Made by a program: the position numbers and the translations under genes
DNA from: a virus
Length of the DNA: 64,000 nt
Reading direction: 5' to 3' (one strand)
IMG/VR virus record: IMGVR_UViG_3300033273_000499
In this document: positions 17,682-27,000 of the stretch, one piece after another
Layout: each line of letters starts with the position of its first letter
Position numbering within the stretch: the first letter of the stretch is position 1
Notes under the pieces: generated by a model
What the model was told of the DNA's origin: nothing
What the model saw: only the letters and a program-made list of their open reading frames with translations
Database searches by the model: none

Positions 17682-18809
17682 TCAACCGTAGGTAATGCGA
17701 ACCATTCCAGAGTGACCTGGACCACCGCAATAACAGTTGTTACCACCATGAGAACCAGCTGCACGTCCACCAAATCCAGGGATACCTTCATCAGCACCGT
17801 TAGATGCCCAACCAAAGTATTCGGGGTGCAAATAGTGTTGACCATTCTCACCACTTTGGTTCATATCATGATATCTCATGGTTAGATATCCACCCTTGGT
17901 ATTAATTAGACCACCAGGGAAAGGATGATACTGCTTAATCATACAGAAATCACCTGCATTATGGTTACATGGAGAACCAAGAAGACCAGGAAGACCATGA
18001 GCACCACCGTCTGCACCAAAGAATGGAGCACAGAAATTACATTGATTCCAGCAAAGACCACCGTAGCAGAAGTTTAGACCTGCATCACGGTATCTAACAC
18101 GTTTTCCGTTAGAACCGAAAGTAGTACCAGCACCAATCAGGTCATACATTTCACCTGTTGTATCTTGGTCAAACATTGGATAGTTACCAATGCCACTACC
18201 AGGGGTGAAGCAAGAGAATCCACAGTTTCCAGAAAGGTCACAGCATCTATGACAATCCATTGCACCATACTTATTATGATGCTCAGCACAATGCCAATCA
18301 CCATCAGCCATTGTGCAAAGACATGACATCTGTGTGTTGCAGTGGCAGATTGACATACCACCGTAACCACCTTCTGCACAGAAGTTGTTCAGTCCATGAC
18401 CAACAACAAAGGATTTACAACCATTATATCCTTGGTTGGTAGGTGTACAACATGAAGCAGATGCTACGCAGATTTCATATAAGCATCCACCTAAATCTGT
18501 ATCACTACAAATGCACTTATATGCATAAGCACCAGAACCACCAGGGGTTCCCCACATACAACAACAGGTTCCAGGACCTGAACCACCGCCACCCCAAATT
18601 TCAAACTTCAGGAAAGTTGTTCCTGCGGGTGGTCTCCAAATGAAGCACTCAAAGTAGTTATAACGGTTTACAGCACAGTGGGTACGCATTTGTACCTGCT
18701 TATATGCCGAACCTGGGTACTTTAATGGAGTTGTAGGTGATGTCGAGAATCCAGCAGAACTAATCTGCTGTTGATCAGCATAACTAATTAAATCTCTTAA
18801 ATTTGCCAT
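17682..18809 (-). CDS. Cys/Gly-rich adhesin-like virion protein, paralog 1
   Basis: MANLRDLI start; FEIWGGGGSGPGTCCC, GGSGAYAYK, GLNNFCAEGG, FGADGGAHG, PFPGGL, GMVRITYG; 31 Cys in 375 aa (hand count). Confidence 0.6.
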   Translation of the reverse strand: MANLRDLISYADQQQISSAGFSTSPTTPLKYPGSAYKQVQMRTHCAVNRYNYFECFIWRPPAGTTFLKFEIWGGGGSGPGTCCCMWGTPGGSGAYAYKCICSDTDLGGCLYEICVASASCCTPTNQGYNGCKSFVVGHGLNNFCAEGGYGGMSICHCNTQMSCLCTMADGDWHCAEHHNKYGAMDCHRCCDLSGNCGFSCFTPGSGIGNYPMFDQDTTGEMYDLIGAGTTFGSNGKRVRYRDAGLNFCYGGLCWNQCNFCAPFFGADGGAHGLPGLLGSPCNHNAGDFCMIKQYHPFPGGLINTKGGYLTMRYHDMNQSGENGQHYLHPEYFGWASNGADEGIPGFGGRAAGSHGGNNCYCGGPGHSGMVRITYG

Positions 18810-18840
18810 TTAAAACTCCTCTGTAAATTTTCAATGATTA

Positions 18841-19179
18841 TCAAGAGTTAAGGATAACCCAACCAAATGATGGACCAGAGTAGAGAAGTTCAACAGAGTT
18901 GTTAGGAATGTTGAGAGTTAGATTCTCGTTAAGATTAGCAATCTTGGTTGTTGCTGTATTGATGCCAACAGTTACATTGTTGGTGTTAAATGTGCCAGCA
19001 GCATCTACAATGTGAATTCTATCACCAACGTTTGCTGTATCAGCATTTGGAATGTTGAGGGTTACAGCAGTATTAGTTGTGTTAACAATATAGGTTTTGT
19101 TTGATGATGCGTTGTAAGGTGTGCTAGATACGTTTACCAGTTCAGTAGTAAAGCTAGCAGCAGAAATAAAACGTCCCAT
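18841..19179 (-). CDS. Small fibre-type beta-domain structural protein
   Basis: Y.VNT....VTL.IP....VGDRI.IVDAAGTF..NN motif common in phage fibre modules. Confidence 0.6.
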   Translation of the reverse strand: MGRFISAASFTTELVNVSSTPYNASSNKTYIVNTTNTAVTLNIPNADTANVGDRIHIVDAAGTFNTNNVTVGINTATTKIANLNENLTLNIPNNSVELLYSGPSFGWVILNS

Positions 19180-19202
19180 TGTACTTTAATTCTCCTAAGC
19201 TA

Positions 19203-19209
19203 TATTTAT
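19203..19209 (-). promoter_or_regulatory. Late promoter core ATAAATA
   Basis: Plus-strand tatttat, 24 nt upstream of the ATG at 19179. Confidence 0.55.
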
Positions 19210-19216
19210 GTAAGGT

Positions 19217-19537
19217 TTACAGAGTAGATTGTTCAACACCGTAAGCCGATGCCGTTACGTTGCTTGAGTTTGAATATACAACGATATTCTTCCCTGTTTG
19301 TACGACTAAACCAGTTCTTTCTAGAACACCGTTGGGTGCGATAAAAGAATCATACTCAATGAATTCTGCAGAAGTTGGTGTCGCAGTTGCTGCAATAGCT
19401 ACACGAACTGCAACGTCTGTAGAATTTCTGTTTGCGATGTTTACGTTAACGTATGATAGTGTAGACGTAGGAACTGTGTACACAGTTGTGTATGTTGTGG
19501 TGGCAAGTGCATTTTGCCCAAAAACTCCAGAAGCCAT
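19217..19537 (-). CDS. Small structural protein (106 aa), homologous to the repeats in 7379..8473
   Basis: TVYTVP...VNVNIANR...VRVAI...EFIEYD..I.PNGVLERTGLV..TG..IVVYS...AYGVE. Confidence 0.65.
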   Translation of the reverse strand: MASGVFGQNALATTTYTTVYTVPTSTLSYVNVNIANRNSTDVAVRVAIAATATPTSAEFIEYDSFIAPNGVLERTGLVVQTGKNIVVYSNSSNVTASAYGVEQSTL

Positions 19538-19577
19538 TTAAATCTCCCAATCTTTTGTTGTCATTGTTATATGCAAA

Positions 19578-19585
19578 TATTTATA
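19578..19585 (-). promoter_or_regulatory. T4 late promoter consensus TATAAATA
   Basis: Plus-strand tatttata in the intergenic region upstream of 19537. Confidence 0.75.
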
Positions 19586-19591
19586 AGTTTC

Positions 19592-19626
19592 GGACTTAAT
19601 CCTCAGTTTTTTTGAGGATTAAGTCC
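19592..19626. repeat. Perfect 14-bp inverted repeat (hairpin)
   Basis: ggacttaatcctca-gtttttt-tgaggattaagtcc. Confidence 0.9.
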
Positions 19627-19645
19627 TGGGTCTCAGTTCAACTTA

Positions 19646-22600
19646 TCAGGAAGTTGCAACCCAATATGTGAACGGACGGTTTGTAACGAATGCGTTATCG
19701 ACGTATGCTTTAACTGCTGCCTGAGTAGGAACTTTCTCGTTGCTATTCTGGGAGAGTGTTATGTCAGTAGAGAATTCGTTAATTTGTGCACCCAACTGAG
19801 CACCGATGGAACCCAGTCTCAAGGAGGTCAGACCTGACAGGTCGAATGCGGAAGCATTCAGGGTTGCAGAACCAGTTGCCTGGTTGACCTTGAAGTACTT
19901 ACCAACACGGAAGTTACCTGATTGGTCAGTAGAGACGTAGTAGACACGTCCTGGATAATCCTCGGTAACCTCTCTTGACTGAATTGGGTCAATGGTTGGG
20001 AGACCTGGCCAGTTAGTGGTTGCAGTACCACCAGTACCGATTTGCAGGAAGTCATGACCTGTTAGTCTTACCTGTGAATACAGGTATCTGATTCTGAAGG
20101 TCTGCTCGTCAAATGCTTTTGCTTCCTTCTGCTCAGCAAGAACAAGTGTTGTCTTACCAACAGTATCAATACCAACACTGCTGACCTGCATGAATTCATT
20201 ATTAATCTTCAGATAGTTGCTGGAAGAGAATCCAGTAACATTGCTTGCTCTGAAGAAGTTATCAGTTGGGTCAACGTCCTTGATGATTTCAGTATTAGCA
20301 ATTGTTTGTGCAATACCAATTGCTCTAAAGTTAGTTCCGTTCGAGTAACCAGTTGCAATACCAGCACCTTCCTGTGCTCTCAGAACCGTCATTGCGATTG
20401 AAGAGTCAAGAGAGACAATCTTCATAAGTTCATCATTAGGTGTTAGAATGAAACCATTCTGGAAGAATCCACCTGTTGAACTTACAACAATCTGAGTATC
20501 ACTAGCACCGATTGGAGATGCAACTTGTGCAACGGTTTCAGTCCAAGGATAACTTGTGATTGAATTGTATGTTCCTCTATGTGAATCAGCAGTTGTAGTT
20601 AATCGTGCTCTGTCAACAAAGACTGAACCTCTACCATCTTGTGCTTGGTAAGAAGTATTCTGGATAACATAAGTGAAAGGATCTGCACCAGTGACTGTGT
20701 TAGCAGCACCAGAAAGAGAACCACCATCACCACTACCAGTAACAAATTCTACAGAACCACCTTCTTCAATTCCATTTTGGAGACCATTAACGACAAGAGT
20801 GAATCCTGCTTGACCAGTATTTGCGTCAGTATTATTTGTTAGATATGCCTGAGTACCAGAAGTATCACCTGTAATTAACTCATTTTGTACGAATCCAGTT
20901 CCATTTGGTCCCTTAGTGATTACGGAGTACCAAAGTGTTGCAATTGAAGTTTGTACAGAGTTAAGTTCACCAACAGCACCAGAGGTAGCACCAGTAACTC
21001 TTTCACCGCTGACAAATCCAGGTGTAGTTACTGTCTCTACGTTATACTGTAATCTGAGACCCTCCATGGTTCCAGTGAGGAAATTCTCATCAGTGTTGAA
21101 ACCAGAAGATACAATTGCATATTGACCCCAAGAAGAGTTGCCTGCAAGAGATCTAATTCTTCCTCCTCTTGTGCAGCAGTAAGAAACGTGAGCATAATAG
21201 GTAAAGCAAGAAACTGCTTCTGCGGCACCATTGTTTGTAACCCAGAAACCAACACCATTGTCATGAATGTTTGTCCAAGAGTCAAAAACGATAGACTTGT
21301 TAGACTCGTTTGCTGTACCTTCATATTGTTCATGGTCTTTACCATCAACAATTGCACCAACACCACCAGTTGAGAATGCTGAGCAGTTGGAAATATATGG
21401 TGACTTAGTAATTGGGGAGTTTGGATTCAGTCTTACATATACACCTCTAATGGTTGCATTATTGAGGTCATATGCTTGTGCGGTAAATGTAGCTGTTGTG
21501 GAAATAACTGTTTGTGAGATGTCAACTTCAACTGTTGTTGCATTGATAAAGTTAACAATCTTTGTACCTGCAGCAATTCCTGTACCAGAAACGGTTGTAC
21601 CAACCATATCTGGAGTCAATTCTTCAGTAGAGTTAGTCAGTGTAGTTCCACTAATTACAGCTGGTGCAACTAAAATCTGACCAGGAACAATAAATCCACT
21701 GAGTCCTTCCATAACAATGTCTTTCAACATTGTTCTGTCACTCATCATGAACATTGTTGACTGAGCATTAGTAAATGTTGTTACCGCATCAACTGTGATA
21801 TCAGTACCACCATTTTCCCAGGTATCAACACCACTTACCCATGCTCCACCAGTTACTGGTTCAATTTCTACTTCAGTTTCTGCATAGTTGTATCTAAGAA
21901 TTCTTGCTGTCTTGGTTCCTGCACCATTAGTAATGGTTGCACCACGAACCATATCAGCAGTTGGGCTAGAATTCAGAGTCAGTAACTGATGATTTGCATT
22001 TCCTGCTGCTGGCTTGATCTTAGTTGTTCTAAGGTTATCACCAACAATAGTTACGTTTGCAGGAACTGTGATTGGAAGTTGCTCTTCGTAAGTACCTGCC
22101 TTAACATAAAGTGTTGCTGGACCAGTAATGATTCCGCAAGCATGGTTGATAGTTGCAAATGCACGGTTGATATTTGAACCGTCATTAGTATCACTACCTT
22201 CCTCTGCTACGTAGAAGACTGGTTGAGTTACATTATTTGTTTCCCACTGTGGTACTCCACCAGGAGCAACAGTTAGAACTTCACCATCACTACCGATTGG
22301 AAGTGCTGCTGGACCTGCACCAGATTGATAAAGAACATCACCAGTTGTGTTAAGTACGTTTGAAGAAGCACCTTGAGTGAGTGGATTCCAGTAATTACCG
22401 AGTGAATCGGTTGCAGGATCGTTGTTGAGGTTAGTCGATGCAACACTAACGTAGGAGTTAGAGTTTTTAGATACTGCATCACCTAACTGATAGGTTGTGG
22501 TTGTTGTCCAAGCACCTTTCCAGTCAAGACCCTTAACAATTAGGTCCCAATCATCAGGAATTTGTACTGGATTGCTGGTCATACCAGCACCAACTTCATC

Positions 22601-23179
22601 CTTTGCTACATATGCATAACCACCAAACTGTACAACTTCACCAGGCTTGTAGGAAGTTGCTGTGGAGTATGCACCAACAAAGTCGAATCCAGTTGTCAGT
22701 GTATCCCAATCATCGGAATAAGAACTTGGTTCTTTACCAGTATTATTTCTCTTTGCAACGTAGTTATGACCACCATAAAGTACTACGTCACCACTCTGGT
22801 ACTGAGTTCCACTTGCCCAATTTCCCTCGTAGTTAAATCCTCCAAAGTAAGAAACTAAATTGGTGGAATTAAATTCGGAAGTAGAAGCAAATGAAGACTG
22901 TACTCTAAACTGAGTATTACCATACTTAACAAGGTCATTAACCTTGTAGAATGTGGATGGTGCCCAATCACCTCTATTGGTGATACCCTCAACATGCAAA
23001 GACCAATTTGCTAGGTCTGTTGAGTACCAATCGGTTTCTGAAGCTACGGAGGTGTGGTTTGAAGTACAAACATAGGTGTTCGCACCGAACTTAACGATAT
23101 CATCGATTACGTAGTCGGTGGCACCAGTCCAAGCACCTCTCCAATTAAATTTTAGTCTTCCTAATCTAAAATCTGCCAT
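19646..23179 (-). CDS. Virion structural / tailspike-like protein with CBM5/12-like repeats and a pectin-lyase-like beta-helix
   Basis: MADFRLGRLKFNWRGAW start; repeated W..(G/S)T.Y..(G/N)D.V.YG...YV units; FYVAEEGSDTNDG...AFATINHA...VKAGTYEE beta-helix cap; LGSIGAQLGAQINEFSTD...VPTQAAVKAYVD end. Confidence 0.65.
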   Translation of the reverse strand: MADFRLGRLKFNWRGAWTGATDYVIDDIVKFGANTYVCTSNHTSVASETDWYSTDLANWSLHVEGITNRGDWAPSTFYKVNDLVKYGNTQFRVQSSFASTSEFNSTNLVSYFGGFNYEGNWASGTQYQSGDVVLYGGHNYVAKRNNTGKEPSSYSDDWDTLTTGFDFVGAYSTATSYKPGEVVQFGGYAYVAKDEVGAGMTSNPVQIPDDWDLIVKGLDWKGAWTTTTTYQLGDAVSKNSNSYVSVASTNLNNDPATDSLGNYWNPLTQGASSNVLNTTGDVLYQSGAGPAALPIGSDGEVLTVAPGGVPQWETNNVTQPVFYVAEEGSDTNDGSNINRAFATINHACGIITGPATLYVKAGTYEEQLPITVPANVTIVGDNLRTTKIKPAAGNANHQLLTLNSSPTADMVRGATITNGAGTKTARILRYNYAETEVEIEPVTGGAWVSGVDTWENGGTDITVDAVTTFTNAQSTMFMMSDRTMLKDIVMEGLSGFIVPGQILVAPAVISGTTLTNSTEELTPDMVGTTVSGTGIAAGTKIVNFINATTVEVDISQTVISTTATFTAQAYDLNNATIRGVYVRLNPNSPITKSPYISNCSAFSTGGVGAIVDGKDHEQYEGTANESNKSIVFDSWTNIHDNGVGFWVTNNGAAEAVSCFTYYAHVSYCCTRGGRIRSLAGNSSWGQYAIVSSGFNTDENFLTGTMEGLRLQYNVETVTTPGFVSGERVTGATSGAVGELNSVQTSIATLWYSVITKGPNGTGFVQNELITGDTSGTQAYLTNNTDANTGQAGFTLVVNGLQNGIEEGGSVEFVTGSGDGGSLSGAANTVTGADPFTYVIQNTSYQAQDGRGSVFVDRARLTTTADSHRGTYNSITSYPWTETVAQVASPIGASDTQIVVSSTGGFFQNGFILTPNDELMKIVSLDSSIAMTVLRAQEGAGIATGYSNGTNFRAIGIAQTIANTEIIKDVDPTDNFFRASNVTGFSSSNYLKINNEFMQVSSVGIDTVGKTTLVLAEQKEAKAFDEQTFRIRYLYSQVRLTGHDFLQIGTGGTATTNWPGLPTIDPIQSREVTEDYPGRVYYVSTDQSGNFRVGKYFKVNQATGSATLNASAFDLSGLTSLRLGSIGAQLGAQINEFSTDITLSQNSNEKVPTQAAVKAYVDNAFVTNRPFTYWVATS

Positions 23180-23193
23180 TTTTGTTTAATTCC

Positions 23194-23589
23194 TTACTTA
23201 GGTCCTTCGGTTGTATAATCATATGTGCCACCAACTCTGGCAACAAAATATCCATCGTCATCGACGAAATAGGAAATCCTTCTAAAATCAAATCTGAACT
23301 GTTGATATTTATCAGCAGGGTGATTAGTGTATGATTTAGATTCGGTAGTTTCCTCTACATAATCAATACCCTCCAGGAAATCGGGGTATTGGGTGCCATC
23401 ATTTCTATGGAAATCACCTGTGACACCATCATCGGTAGACCTTACTTTTGTATAGTGAAGCATACCATCACGATCTCTACGAAGTGCATGAATATAAAAA
23501 TCATCTTCTGTTTTTAGAGTTGAGTCATCAAATGACGCACCTCCACCCCCAGAACCTGATATCATGCTGTTGCTTAGAAACATTGTCAT
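23194..23589 (-). CDS. Hypothetical (probably structural) protein
   Basis: 131 aa in a tightly packed operon; overlaps the upstream stop (ATGA). Confidence 0.6.
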   Translation of the reverse strand: MTMFLSNSMISGSGGGGASFDDSTLKTEDDFYIHALRRDRDGMLHYTKVRSTDDGVTGDFHRNDGTQYPDFLEGIDYVEETTESKSYTNHPADKYQQFRFDFRRISYFVDDDGYFVARVGGTYDYTTEGPK

Positions 23590-24035
23590 GCAGAGACCCT
23601 CCAGTAAGTACCTTCCCAGATCAATTCGACACTTGCACCAGAAACATCACAGTGGAGAGGGGCATCAATTAACCCCGAAGCATTCTTAAATTTCTGATTA
23701 TTTTGAGTGACTACTATAAGATTATTTATAGCCCAGAGAGATTTTGCATCGAATAATTCGATGTAATCACCAGTATTTATTAGAGTCGGTAAAGTGACCT
23801 GATACTCTCCAGATGATGTATCTACATGATACTTTGTGTTAGCTCTCAAGTTAGTCGCACCTGAGACTAACTCATAACGAGCTTTTGATACTTCATAACC
23901 ACCTGCAGTATATCCATCATGTACTCTGATAACACTTTTATCTGTGTCTACAGTAACTTCTGCTAAAGCACCAGTAAACGCAGCATGTTCTTGCTCAGTT
24001 CCTTTCCTGAGTTGAACTCTTTTTGTGTTTGCCAT
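23586..24035 (-). CDS. Mtd_N (major tropism determinant N-terminal-like) domain fused to a fibre beta-domain
   Basis: RVQLRKGTEQEHAAFTGALAEVTVDTDKSVIRVHDGYTAGG is the Mtd_N-type motif; the C-half resembles 18841..19179. Confidence 0.7.
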   Translation of the reverse strand: MANTKRVQLRKGTEQEHAAFTGALAEVTVDTDKSVIRVHDGYTAGGYEVSKARYELVSGATNLRANTKYHVDTSSGEYQVTLPTLINTGDYIELFDAKSLWAINNLIVVTQNNQKFKNASGLIDAPLHCDVSGASVELIWEGTYWRVSA

Positions 24036-24058
24036 TTAATGAACAAATTGTATATCTT

Positions 24059-24065
24059 TATTTAT
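24059..24065 (-). promoter_or_regulatory. Late promoter core ATAAATA
   Basis: Plus-strand tatttat abutting the upstream TGA, 24 nt before the ATG at 24035. Confidence 0.55.
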
Positions 24066-27000
24066 CAAATTATGTATATTCTGGTTGGTTTAGGTGCCCT
24101 AAATTCTATGTAACTATCTGTAGATGCACCGTTTGCCCGAGTTGTACTTGCTCCGATATATCCTGTTCTGACGAAGGATTCTTTGGAGAGACCAATAAGT
24201 CTGAAGAGTCCTTGCTGGGTCTGGTATGGTACAATTCTTGCCGCTGTAGTGCTGACAAATGTAAATACAGAACCAGAACCATCGAATGCGTTTGTCTTTG
24301 AAACTTCCGCAGAACCTCTGATGAGGAAGAGATTGTCTGATGGTGGAGAGAATGTGACAGTCTCTGTCTTGCTGACGAATGCGAAGAGTGATCCAGAACC
24401 AACATGGGGTGCTGGAGAACGAGATACATCTGCAGAACCAACGAATCTGAATACTCCACTTGCTGCACTGTTGATAACAGTAGATTCCGTCTTGCTGACG
24501 AATGTGAAGAGAGAACCAGAACCAGCATGTGCTGCAGTTCTCTTTTCTCCTGCGGTTCCAACAAAGTCGAAGAGTGCAGTTGCCTTCGGTACGAATGCAA
24601 CTCTTTCTGCTCCTCCACCAAATCCGAACAGTGCTCCACGACCAGGGTAGTTTCTGACTGGATCTGTTTTTGCAGAACCCTTGAACGAGAATACCGTTCC
24701 AGTAGTTGGTGGAATAGAAGTAGTTCTCTCTTCTGCACTGACGAAGAGTGTCTTGCCATTGACATCTGTAAAGGTGTCTTTGGTGTTGAACTTGAGAGTA
24801 CCAGTACCATTGTATTTGTTGGTACTTCTTTCTCCAGCAGTACCAGAAATCTTGAAGAGTCCATCCGATTCTGGTGATGCAACTCTGATTTCCGTCTTGC
24901 TGACGAATGCAAAGAGTCCACCAGAACCAATTTGCTGACGAGTAGAACGTTGAGAACCTGCACCAGCAAATCTGAACAGAGTTGTCTTGTCGATTGTATC
25001 GAGAAGTCTGGACTCTGTGGTTCCAGAAATACCAAATAGAGTACCAGAACCTTCGTAAGATCTGGTTCTTGCTTCTGCACCACTTCCCTGAGCAAGGAAG
25101 TGACCAGAACCAATATGACCAAGACTGAAGTTGAGGAATGCTTTTCCTGTTGTCTTGATTTCTGCAGAACCTTTGTATGCTTCGGTGTTCTTCTCGACAC
25201 CAGCACCCTGGAATCTGAATAGTGTTCCAGTAACTGGTGGTCTGCTTGCCGCAACGGTGACACCACCAATAAATCCGAATGCTGAACCAGATCCAATGAA
25301 TTCTCTGGTTCTTGGAGTTTCTGCACGACCAGCAAGGGTGAGTTTTCCGAAACCAACGTGAATTGGTCTGGTTTGTGTTCTTGCTTGACCAGCAAGAGTA
25401 AGTTCACCACCACCAGTATCAAAGTAGGTGAAGAAGAGTTTGACCTTACCAGCAACTCTGAACAGACCACCTTCAGTTGCTGTGGAGAATGTCTGTCTCT
25501 CAATACCAGAGATGTAACGTGGTTTCTCAGCAGCATCAAGACCAAGTTTCTTGCGTCTGAGATTGAATGTACCACCACCAATTTCGGTGAGAGAGAATCC
25601 AATAGCTGCAGCACCACCTGTCTTGAACAGAGTACCTGGTGGTTTTTCTGCTGCAGAGAAGGTTTCTGTCTTGCTGACGAATGTGAAGAGAGAACCAGTG
25701 CCGATTTCTGGAGCAGGAACAATTGCCTCTGCAGCAGAACCACCAACTCTGAATAGACCAGAAATTGGTGGGGTAGCAGAAAATACTTCCGCAGCACCAG
25801 TGAATGCAGAGAAGAGACCAGTACCAACGTAAGAATTGGTTGCTCTGAGTACTGCATTGCCAGTGACTTTGAATAGTCCAGTTGAGAACTCTGCAGTAGA
25901 AGTAGTCTCTGTCTTGCTGACAAAGGTAAACAAAGAACCAGAACCAACGAAGTCTCTTGCTCTTGGTGTTTGAGCAGTACCAGTGAATTTGAAGAGTGAG
26001 GTCTTCTCTTCGACCTTCGTGCTGGATTCTGCTGCTCCAGTGAACGCAAAGAGGGAACCAGAACCAACAAAGTCTCTTGCTCTTGGTGTTTGAGCAGTAC
26101 CATTGAGGTCTGCAACTGTTCCAGAACCAATATGACCAAGATGGAATGTGGTAATACCACGAGAACCATCTCCAATAACACCTGGAGAACTGAGTCCCAA
26201 ACGGAATGTACCGTTTCCAACGTAAGATTCGGTGTGTCTTTCTGTTGCTGTACCGTTGAATCTGAATATACCACCACCAATTTCTGGTGCAGGTGTTGCA
26301 GATTCTGTTCCACCAATGATACCAAATAGAGTACCACCAGTTTCTAGAACTCTGAGAGAGAATCTGATTTGTGCAGTATCTCCAGGTCCTCTTGTTCCAA
26401 CTTGGAATCCACCCGAACCTGCATAACCGAAGATTCTGACATCTCCAGCACCAGAAGCAAGTGTTGCTCTACCACTACCATTGAAGTTAGCAGTGATGAG
26501 TACAAGTGCAGAATCGTCTTCTTTAGTGCTGAACTTGATTCCACCAAATGGCAGTCTGGTTTCATTATCAGTAATGAGACCGTAGTCATCACGTTGCTGA
26601 GCAAAGTTGGTAGGTAGTTGAACAAATCCGTAATCGTTTGGTACTCTACCAAATTCAGATGCTATCTCATTTGCATATGTACTAATTGGTACATTTGCAT
26701 AGTCTGCAATTGTGGCATCGAGTTCCGTATTTGCAGGGAGTTCATTGATAAATCCATAGTCTTCACTCTCCAGACCAACTCTGGCAGAGTCGTTGTAACT
26801 GTAGACAACTCTTTCATCAGCAAATACTGCATCAACATCTGCATTGCCAATGTATCCAAAGAGTGAACCAGAACCAACTTGAATAGCAACCTTTCTGATT
26901 CCAGCACTGCCATGGAACTTGAATAGTCCATCGGATTCTGGTCTTGCAGAGTATGCATTTGCAGAACCCTCGAAGGCAAACAGAGTACCAGAACCAATAT

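Noticed and set aside
15706-24035. Diversity-generating retroelement (Mtd_N domain plus variable adhesins)
   Set aside because: No reverse transcriptase, no ~100-bp TR/VR pair differing only at adenines, and no C-type lectin tip recognised in the window.
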